In this document: in pieces, positions 54,101-64,000 of the stretch
Numbering within the stretch: the first letter of the stretch is position 1
Layout: every line of letters begins with the position of its first letter
Source: Eledone cirrhosa
Lineage: Eukaryota
Direction of reading: 5' to 3'
Assembly: GCA_964016885.1 (NCBI GenBank)
Contig: OZ024740.1
Location: forward strand, 333,498,001 to 333,562,000
DNA: 64,000 nucleotides
Program-made: the position numbers and the translations under genes
Notes under the pieces: generated by a model
The model's database searches: none
The model's input: only the letters and a program-made list of their open reading frames with translations
What the model was told of the DNA's origin: nothing

Positions 54101-55613
54101 GGTATCGGAGGTCAGTTCAGTCAAGCAAACCTCTGCCAACCCATTATTTTACGTAGTTAAGACATTTTTCAACGAGTACGTTCTTTTCCGTGTGAAGTGG
54201 AATGGATTTGGGCAGTTATATAAATGATATGTGGTTCTCTTGTTCGTTCTTAGATTTTAGCATTGCATTTTGTGTACGTGTACCTATTGATCTATTTTAA
54301 AGTTTTCAATATCAATTATAATTCTAGAAGTTCTTTCGAATTAAAGGTATTTCTTTAATATTGACCAATTTCAATAAGACGTTAATATATTCATTTATGT
54401 AAAACCTGTATTTCGAAAGAAATATATTTCATGCATCATCGTGTAATTAGGGTAACAATATAAGTTGCATTTTATTATATATCTTGTGAATCGCTGGCAA
54501 GTGAGGAAACGAAAGTTTAAACTTGATTTAAGTTGACGTGAATGTACCACCGATTTCCTCTGTCATTTCGATCTCCATAATTGAAAATCATATTATGAAC
54601 TGTTCGCATGACAAAATTATATTACTGAATAAATGTGTAAATAATGAATTTTATGCTACGGCTCTTTAAAATGTTCTCAAATTCATGAATATACTTACGT
54701 GATTACACAATGAAATGTAGCTTAAAATCAAATAACCACTAGCATAAAGATAATACTTATCTGCCTCATTCAAGTAATTATGATAATATTCTCACTAACA
54801 ATGTCCATTGATAAATATTTCATTTCATGGCCGTATCATTAAACAGACACGCATAGAGATAGAGTTGTGTATTTTCCTTTACGAAAGCATAACGGCGAAA
54901 ATATGCAAAAAATGTATAAATTAATGCAAATAAAATATTATTTTAGTAAAGATGTTTTAGTAATATGGAAGTTGGTTTGATAGGGAGCTTTATGCTGCTT
55001 GTATCATGTATGGTTTGATTGTTTTTTAAGTGAATGCGATGATTTCAGTTCTAGATGTGAAAACTAATGTAACGTACGTATTAATATATCAATAGAAATC
55101 TCAATAAAATATTGATTGATTGCTTTGCTTTGAGTACATTAATTTCAGTGACACTATGAGACCGCGATTGAATTTATGCCATTAGAATTTCCTTTTAAAA
55201 GTTGCCTGCGGAACACTGTAAAATGAAATATTTGGAAGACTGGGTGTAGAGTATAGTTCAAGTCTTAGGTGGCAAGCGCAATATGGATAATGATAAAATC
55301 AAAGATAATTAAATTTGTAATGCCTTAATGTAGGTGAATTCATGTAAATCAAACCTGATCAGTAAATTCTGTTGTATTAGCGATAAAAAATCAGGAAACA
55401 TAGGCTACTAGACCAGTAGAAAAGTTATCTGGTGAAGGCAAGGATGAAATTCTCGAGTAGATATTCTTTAAATGTTGTTTAAGATGTTTATACATGTTGC
55501 AGTAAAAACCCAGATGTAATAATTTCATTCACTTATTCAATTAAAGGGTCTCTGCTGGAGCTTCGCGGTGTGAGATATTTCCAAGCTCTGAAAACTCAAT
55601 TAGAGGTGCTTTT

Positions 55614-55656
<43 letters not shown>

Positions 55657-55784
55657 AAGTGAAGTTGGGCGTTGTTTGTTTGTTTGGTTTGGGTTCCCGA
55701 ACTTGTAGGCTACACCGTTGATCCGATTTTCCAGAAACTTGACACATATATAAAACTCGACCCGTAGATTGGAATAGGCTAAAC

Positions 55785-56070
55785 ATCGATAATTGGGTCC
55801 CCAGAAGCCAAAAATCGATATTTTCAAAAATCGTCCGATTTCGATGAAACTCGACACAATTTTTTAATTTGATCCGGGGATGAACGTGGGCTACATTAAA
55901 TTTTCGAAAAATCGATAATTGGATCACCAGAGGCAAAAATCGATATTTACGAAATTTGTCCGATTCGAATCAAATTTGACGTAGGTATGTATTTTGATGC
56001 GGGGATCAACGTGGAGTACTTGAAATTCTCAAACGAATCGATAATCGGACCCCAAGAGGCAAAATTCCAG
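55785..56070. repeat. 126-bp tandem repeat (~2.3 units)
   Basis: atcgataat recurs at 55785, 55911 and 56037. Confidence 0.85.
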
Positions 56071-56329
56071 CAACCGAAAAACGCCACTCTTGTTTCCATT
56101 TGTCGCGACTCCCGCCATGCAAAAAGCCTTCAATCTATCAGGATTATCCACCGTAAGTCTCTTTAAATTAACGCTCACCCTATTCAGCAAATCTTTTATG
56201 CCGATTCTTCCATTTCTTATATAAGGACAATCAAGACTATGCCGCCGCGCATCATCCTGTATTGCGGCCAGTCTTCTCAAGCTATCATCGAGCCTCTATG
56301 CGCTCTCTTCATTCCCGTGGTCCCACTAC

Positions 56330-57830
56330 CATAGCATAATGAGGCATCCGTCAACCCCTGCGCTCTCCCTTCCCTGCACGCCGTCGACCCACTGCATCGT
56401 TGTGCATCACCATGGGCATCTCTGCCTTGTCAGCCGCAATTCATTCCCCGGCCCTTTCCATTGCCTGCCCTCCGTGGTCCATAAGGACTGCCAGGGCTCA
56501 ACATACCGAATCCCTGCCACCGTCCACCCCTGCTCATTTCCATTGCTTATACTCCGGGAGAACTCAAGACTTCCATGCCTGACCAAGCCGCATCCCTGCC
56601 ACCGTAAACCCCTGCCCTCTCCCTTCCCAACATGTCGTCGTCCCACTGCATCGTCATGCCTCACCATGCCGCATTACTGCCCTGTCGGCCACCATACACT
56701 CCTCAGCCCGTTCTTTTGCCTGCCCTCCGTGCTCCTTCAAGACAGTCATGCCTAACCAAGCCGAATCCCTGCCACCATCAAGTCCTGCCCTCTCCCTTCC
56801 CTGTACGCCGTCGTCCCACTTTATCGTCATGCCTAACCAAGCCGCATCCATGCTCTGTCAGCCGCCACGCCATCCCCTGCTCTCTCCCTTACCCGCACGC
56901 CTTGGTCCTTCACGAGTGCCATGGCTCACCATACGGAATCCCTGCAAACGTCAATCCCGGCCATCTCTGCACGCCGTCGACTCACTGGATCGTTATGCCT
57001 CACCATGCCGCATCCATGATCTGTCAGCAGCCATCCCCTCCTCAGCCTTTTATTTTGCCTGCCCGCCGTACTCCTTCAAGACTGCCATGCCTAACCAAGT
57101 CACATCCTTGCCACCGTCAACCCCTGCCCTCGCCCTTGCCCGCACGCCTTGGCCCCTCACGACTGCCATAGCTCACCATGCGGCATTCCTGCCTTGTCAG
57201 CAACTTGCTCATATGTCATCAGCATGGTTTATTCCTGCGCCGCACATAACCGCTCGTTATCTCAGACCAAAGACAGCACCAAACATGAAGATGATCCTCT
57301 GTAAGTCTTTTTATATTCCTTTTGACCATATTTAACAAAATTAAACAAAAATTCATCCCTTTCTTCTGCAAAGCCTACCGATCATGTAAGGCCGATAAAC
57401 ATCCTGCCTTGCACCCGGTTTTCTCAAACAATCATCGTGCCCCTCAGTGCTCTCTACATTCCCGAGGTGCAACTCAATTGGCATGCCGCATCCACGCCCT
57501 CTCAGCCGCTCTGCACCCTGCCCTTTCGCCATGCCTCATCATGTTGCATCGCTGCCCTGTCAGCCGCCATCCACTCTCCGACTCTTTCCACTGCTTAGGC
57601 ATGGCAGTCTTGTGGGACCAAGTAGCATCCCTGCCACCGTCAACCCCTGCCCTATGCGTTCCCTGAACACCGTCATTCCACTGCATCGTCATGCATCACC
57701 ATGCCGCATCAATGCTCTGTTAGTCGCCATCGCCTCCTCGACCCTTTCTTTTGCCTGCCCGCAATACTTCTTCAAGATTTCCTTGGCTCAACATGCGGTA
57801 TCCTGTGTAGCATCGCGTCTTCTGAATCGA
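56330..57830. repeat. GC-rich degenerate satellite with alternating ~81/~92-bp subunits (~172-bp dimer), in two blocks
   Basis: catgcct(a/c)acca(a/t)gccgcatcc recurs at ~56574, 56656, 56748, 56828, 56920, 56994, 57086 and 57167, and again in 57480-57800. Confidence 0.8.
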
Positions 57831-58275
57831 TCAGCGTGCCTTCCACTGTCCTCACAATTGACTCACAACGCCGCAACTATTTCCTGCGACGCCCCTAAAC
57901 ATCATCAGCATGGCTTATTTTTCTGTCGCGTTTAACCGGCTCTCATTCTAGGCTATAAACAAGAAAACCGCATGATGATGCTGCGTAAGTCTATTTAAAT
58001 TAATGGTCAACATGTATCTGTCTCAAAAGACAGACTCAGAAAGAGAGAGGAATATCGTATAACCGGAAGTGTTTACATTTGAAAATTTTAAAGAAGTGAA
58101 TATTGAAATAATATCTTTAATCTTTTAACCGAATTTAGTAGACACACAAATACCCTCACTTTCTTACTTGGAAAAAGTTACATATATGATGGAAATTTGG
58201 TGCTGTTTGGACCAGCCGTTTGGCGAACGGTTTGCTACATACATACGGCCGTCAGCTTTATTAGTATAGATATAT

Positions 58276-58369
<94 letters not shown>

Positions 58370-59500
58370 CTGATGGTAGCTAAGATGCTTCCATAGACGG
58401 TATGCCGGTTGAGCACTCTATGCTCTTACAGAGCAGAGTATGATATAATAGAAAACGAAAAATCAGTGATGCATCTGAACTCAATTTATTGTGCGTTACA
58501 ATTGTTTCGTCGATGGACAGCTCGAGACGCGATCATTGTGTGGATCTGTCTGATTCTAGACCTGCAGGTTCGACGGACACGTCTAATGATTTCGGAGAAT
58601 ATTCTCTCACTGAGGTATCTGACCCTCTGGACCAGTACCGTCAAAAACTTCATACTCTTCTCGCGTCCTGTGATTGGCTGCTGGTTGTCTACGTCATCAT
58701 AATTCTGAGCACAGGTACCACTCCGCTGACCATCAGGGCGTTAGCTGTCCCATGTCTACACTTCAATAAATTACTGCTGTGTTTGGTAGTTCACACATCC
58801 ACGCACGCACACACACACGCGCACACACACACACACACAATTACATAGATAGCGACCGCCGTACGCATAGACGCACGCTATACACACATATTTAAGGAGA
58901 ACATAAACATATAAACATACGCATACATGCATCCAGAGAAGCACGTATAAACACACATGTATGCCTACTTGCCTATATACATCATCATTCACACAGTCAC
59001 ATGTGCATACACATGCATACGCGTATATATACCCGTATACACAAACACGTACAGACATATACATAGATCCTCCACCCACGCACGCACATATATACACGTA
59101 CCAATATACATATATACACACACAGATACACACTCGCTCGCAAACACACATATATACACACAAAGAAGCCCTTTCCCTAAAGAGGTGCTTGTACACACAC
59201 ACACACACTCGCTCAGATACACGCTTACAAATATGCGCATATTCATATAAACACCCACGCACACAAAAAAATATTTATATATATACATAAAAGAATATAC
59301 TCACAAAGTGATATAAAGATACACAATGGGTCATACATGAAAGGATGCATATTGTTATAAAAATATACATATATAAAAAATGCATATATACACACACACA
59401 CACACACCCACACACACACACACACACACATACATATATATATATGCTCTGATACCATCAACACTATACACACCGAGCTGGCATATCTAAGAACTGACTA

Positions 59501-59556
59501 ACTGCCTGATGAGGTCATAGCCATTCAATGGCTATCATCGAAATATATATAGCAGT
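59501..59556 (+). ncRNA. Minimal type I hammerhead ribozyme (intact)
   Basis: actgc-CTGATGA-ggtc-atagcca-ttcaa-tggctat-catc-GAAA-tatata-TA-gcagt, followed by AATAAA. Confidence 0.85.
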
Positions 59557-61008
59557 AAATAAAGGATTATGAGTTCATGCAATTGACTTATGTTTCGTCA
59601 CTATATATATATATAAAGTTATAAAAATATATAAAAAAAATAAATATAACGGCACATAAAGATACACAGTGGGCTATACATGAAAGGGTGCACCTTGTTA
59701 CATGTGCCTACAGAGATGTTGTTACTTTGCATGGATCAATCCACGTATGGAATCTTCACGCAAAGCCACATAATGTGCGTTCATGGTATTACAGTAAATA
59801 GTATGCGCGGACCGCATAATAAATATGCTTATGTTACATAAATATTTTATTCATTATACTTATTTCAAGATGTAATCATGTATTTGTTGTTGTTATGAGA
59901 ACGGTATGCTCAGATGAAATTCAATTTTGTGATATGCCACCGACAGGAAAAACACACGTCCTTTTGCACTTGCAGACATATAAGTTCCTGAAAGGGTCTT
60001 CCAGCCGTTGTGCTTACTGGAGTAAAGTGCTATCCACGTGTCAATTAGCGAAATCAGGATTCACGCAGCATGTGGTGTTGTTGTTGGTAATGTTGGCGGT
60101 GCCTGGCTCTCGAGTAGAGAGGTACTGGCTGCATTAACCGGGCACTAATATGACTACTACTGCGACGGCCAGTGTCGGCGAAAGGGTGTTGTTGCTGTTG
60201 TTGCCGTTGGTGTTGTCGTTGTTGTCGCTGTCGTTGTCTCTGTCGCTGTTGTCTTGAGGATGGGTTGCCATTAAGTGTGTATATCGCCCTACCTCAGAGT
60301 TCCGTTTGATGCTGTTGTTGTTGTTGTAGTTGTTATTGTTAGCTGGGTATTACTATCACTATGACTGCAACGGCCAGTTTAGGCGAGTTGGTCGTTGTTT
60401 GCTGTTGTTTCGTCGTCGTTGTTGTTGTAGCTGTTTTGAAGCGATAAGTATATATGAATATTCGTAAAATTGAGTATTCTTAGCGCGAAAAGAAGCCGTA
60501 CAGAGCTAGATATTATTGGCACAGTAAAGATTTTTTGGGGTTAATATATATCAAAAATTCGAACGCAGTGTGGGAGAGAGTGGAGGGTGGGAGATAGTCA
60601 AAGTATAAGATGAGAAATGAGAGAGTTGTATATATATAAAGAGAGAGAAGTGAAGAGGAGGAGAGGAGAAAATGGGGATGAAAACAATTCAGCAGGACTT
60701 GTGGAGAAAGGTGGAGAGGTGGATAGAAAGATGGAGAGTATAGACTAACAAGAAAAAGGAACTTAGCATTATCTGAATTGTCAGCTTTCAATCGATACTC
60801 TACGATATGATACTGTTACATAGTTTCTCGTGTTAGGGAAGGACTATGAGTAATATATATATATATATATATATCAATAAAATTAATAAATGGAGACTAA
60901 ATTTATAAAACCATATTTATATTATTATATATATTTCAAGGGAACCAGTATTTTGGTACGCTGTCGTCAGATAAAATACAATAACTCATTATATATATAT
61001 ATATATAC

Positions 61009-61075
<67 letters not shown>

Positions 61076-61076
<1 letters not shown>

Positions 61077-61290
61077 GAATTTGTTTAGCAAGATTCTTTA
61101 TCTGAAATCGTGTGTTGAAACCGATATTGTTATACTTTGGGAGGGTCATGTTGCAAATATGAAACACACGCACCAGTTGCTTTCACTTCAATTTATTATA
61201 ATAAATTTATTATAAATTTATTATAATAAATTAAAGTGAAAGCAACTGGTGCGTGTGTTTCTTATTGGCAACATGACCCTCCCAAAGTAT

Positions 61291-61297
<7 letters not shown>
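61076..61297. repeat. Foldback (61124-61297) of a family also present at ~30100-30177
   Basis: atattgttatactttgggagggtcatgttgc pairs with gcaacatgaccctcccaaagtataacaatat; the apex is AT-rich. Confidence 0.85.
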
Positions 61298-61320
<23 letters not shown>

Positions 61321-61325
<5 letters not shown>

Positions 61326-61533
61326 AACGAGTAGGACCCCGACGGCTGAGCTTAAGCCGTTTAGACGGCTATTCTGGACTAGCCGTCGAAACGGCTAGTC
61401 CAGAATTAGCCGTCGAAACGGCTTGAGCTCAGCCGTCGGGGTCCTACTCGTTCCTATTACCCACTCTACTACCCTAAGTATTGAGTACTTTGGTGCGTTT
61501 TGGTCCACCTGGTTCCTTACCACATTTCCTTTG

Positions 61534-61536
<3 letters not shown>
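61321..61536 (+). mobile_element. Short foldback element, family Y, with a nested extra hairpin at the apex
   Basis: Apex ctggac-tagccgtcgaaacggcta-gtccag; tail nearly identical to the 13.3-kb copy. Confidence 0.9.
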
Positions 61537-61608
<72 letters not shown>

Positions 61609-61699
61609 AAGGGGTGCGTGCGTGTGTGTCTGTGTTAGAAGTTGCGATACGCGCAAGAGTTTCACAGTGGATGACGATTTGTGAGATGGTTGCACATTT

Positions 61700-62560
61700 C
61701 AATATGTACGATATTCAGTCTCTTAATTCCGGTTCTCAATATGTGGGAGAGTTGTCTTAGTCATTTTAATGGTCACTCAGTTGGCATAGTAAGTTATTTT
61801 ATTTGGAAAACTCTTTATACATATACGAACACTTTAGGCAACATAGGGAGGGATTCGGGTGTGGTGGGATCCAGATAATTGACCAGGTGGAAGGATTTAT
61901 GACTAAACAGGAATTATTGAATAAGGGTTATGTGCTGTGTGAACCTACGAGGGCTGAATGGTAGAAAAGAGAGATCCAATATAGTATCTATAGTAAGGTA
62001 CAACTGATAAAATAAGCGGACAAATGTTAAGCTCTTACAGGCGGTCCGGTTTATTGTAAATAATTCTGAGGTTACATTCACAATTAATGTTTTCAGACGC
62101 ATACCAATGGGCAGAAACTGTAGATCGCTCCTGGTGGATTTACATTTATCCGCACGTGAATTTGACTAACTAGAGCTTTTAAAGAATAGACCTAATTAGG
62201 CAATTACATGGATGCTGTAGCTATGTCGATGATATATTTATTGTTAATTACAGTTATTTCTAGGGTTTTCTGCGCAAATTATATGAAATAGTTTAGAAAT
62301 GGATGTAAGCCAAGTTAATTATTTAGACCTCACTATGAAAATAGGTGGTGAGATGATAGTTACAACGGTCTACAATAAAACTAAAAAGTTTAGAATTAAA
62401 TTGGTTAGAATGTCCAACGTGCTTTCTATTCAAATTATACGTTACGGTAGGATAGGCAGCGAGATAAATGTTTTTAAGGAGGTAGTGAAAATGTTAAAAT
62501 ATATAGTAATACAGTGATACAATAACATATGTCTGGTACTGGATTTTCGTTGATGGCTCT
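61700..62560 (+). pseudogene. Highly decayed Naiad-like PLE reverse transcriptase
   Basis: KTLYT...FIVNNSEVTFTINVFRRIPMGRNCRSLLVDLHL...YVDDIFIVN...VNYLDLTMKI...TVYNKTKKF...IQIIRYGR. Confidence 0.65.
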
Positions 62561-63448
62561 GCGCTGAAAGGGAGGTTCTGGGAAAATTTCAGAGTATTTC
62601 TAGTTTGCAGAACTAGAGATATAGGACTTCGAAATTAAATAATTTGTATTAAGGTAGTAGAGGCTTAGCGTATTTAACCAATTAATGTACAAACCGACCA
62701 CAATTGGCCAGAATTCTCCACCTCCTTCTGTTGAAACTGGCTGTAACTGGTCTCTCAAACTGACGTTAAGGTATTGTTCTCAAAATAAATACTTTCAAAA
62801 TCTCATACACACGATATTATGTGAGATGATTATGTGAGGTAAAGCCTTTACCATGAACATATAATAGTATATATAGAGTAATGTGAATACTAAAGGGTTA
62901 AGAGAGGTTCTAAAAGGATCTTTTGGGTTTGTTTCAGTTTGGTTTGAAAAGCATATGACAGTTTAATATAATGTAATCTTAATTCAATTTATTTGCTTTG
63001 AGATCTAGGACATTTTGTATATTTGCCTTGAAGTAGTAATTTTCATAAAATAAAGGGGATGGGAAATTTTACATAGGACCTGTAGAAATTCATCCTATTT
63101 TCACTGAAGTAGTAATCAGAAGGATAGGCCTATTACTGTCTGATTTTACCTTCTTTGGGGAAAATTAGCATTATTAGAGCTAATGAACATTGTTCGTCTT
63201 TTAGTTTGACCGATAATTTACTGGACTGCCATAGCAAGTGAACTCTCTGTCTTTGTCTTTTAGATTCTCTGCTTCACATTTGAAGGATGGTCACAATCTC
63301 AGAACGGTTAAGATTGGTATGTCATGATTTTGTTAATTGAGTTCACAAATCACTGATTAACTGGTTGATCTTATTTGTGTATGTGTGTATATATTTAATC
63401 TTGATTATGTTTTGCATTCGTGTGTACATATTATAATTATATGTATGT

Positions 63449-63635
63449 AAATAATTGTTTCTATTTTAGGCACAAGGCCAGCAATTACCCAGTGTATTAC
63501 TGGTACTTTATTTTATCGACCCCGTAAGGATGAAAGGCAAAGTCAACCTCGGCGGGATTTGAACTCAGATCGTAAAGGGACGTAACTATGCTGGAAAGCA
63601 TGGCGTCCGACCCTCTACCGATACTGCCAATCCAC
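63449..63635 (-). mobile_element. SINE copy
   Basis: Near-identical to 50641-50826. Confidence 0.88.
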
Positions 63636-63765
63636 AATAATGACATTGAGGAATATAGCTTTTGCTTCACCTTTTGTTGTTCTATATTCTGATGTCATAT
63701 TCATATTTTCATCTAGTATTCATTTCGGTTATTTTTTTAGAGTTTGGAAATTTTCTTTATTATTA

Positions 63766-63953
63766 TGGATTGGCAGTATCAGTAGAGGGTCGGACGCCAA
63801 GCTTTGCAAGCAAAGAGTTACGGCCCTTTATGGTCTGAGTTCAAATCCTGAGGTTAACTTTGCCTTTCATCCTTACGGGGTCGATAAAATAAAGTACCAG
63901 TAATACACTGGGATAATTGCTGGCCTAGTGCCAAACGTAGAAATAATTATTAT
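63766..63953 (+). mobile_element. SINE copy
   Basis: Homologous to 3053-3236. Confidence 0.88.
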
Positions 63954-64000
63954 TTGGGATGTTATGTTATGTTGAAAAAAGTAGATTTCACGTTGCAGAC

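Larger units (their letters stand above)
55650..58270. mobile_element. Helitron-like non-autonomous composite carrying tandem arrays
   Basis: Left end tatataaag..(TGTT)n..ccgattttccagaaactt; right end (reverse complement) atctatactaataaag..(ATGT)n..; internal repeats listed separately. Confidence 0.5.

Noticed and set aside
55785-57830. CRISPR-like repeat-spacer array
   Set aside because: The units are degenerate tandem repeats without unique spacers, in a eukaryotic context.
56339-57935. Pro/Cys/His-rich ORFs
   Set aside because: Open in several frames because of a GC-rich satellite; no frame preference.

Overview
AT-rich, microsatellite-saturated animal genomic DNA. The tRNA-derived SINE and the (TA)n/(CA)n load suggest a cephalopod such as Octopus; this is an inference. 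I can support no intact host gene, and nearly all listed ORFs are microsatellite translations. The window is a graveyard of Penelope-like retroelements (PLEs) sitting in (TA)n tracts. Decayed RT/GIY-YIG remnants resemble Penelope/Poseidon (25.0-26.7 kb), Neptune (48.0-51.3 kb), Hydra (38.1-38.8 and 40.6-43.5 kb) and Naiad (61.7-62.6 kb) types. A further C-terminal-EN PLE (27.8-29.9 kb) has an unusually long RT motif A-B' spacer. Around them are about 20 hammerhead-ribozyme (HHR) or HHR-like motifs, some with recurrent non-canonical cores. There is also a 4.8-kb palindrome, and many small foldbacks whose apices tend to fall at ribozyme-like motifs. Other content includes a retrozyme-like 435-bp tandem HHR repeat, Helitron-like elements (one carrying tandem arrays), an RTE-like LINE end, a mariner-type MITE and several SINE copies. 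Clade names come from motif recognition, not database searches, and element boundaries are approximate.
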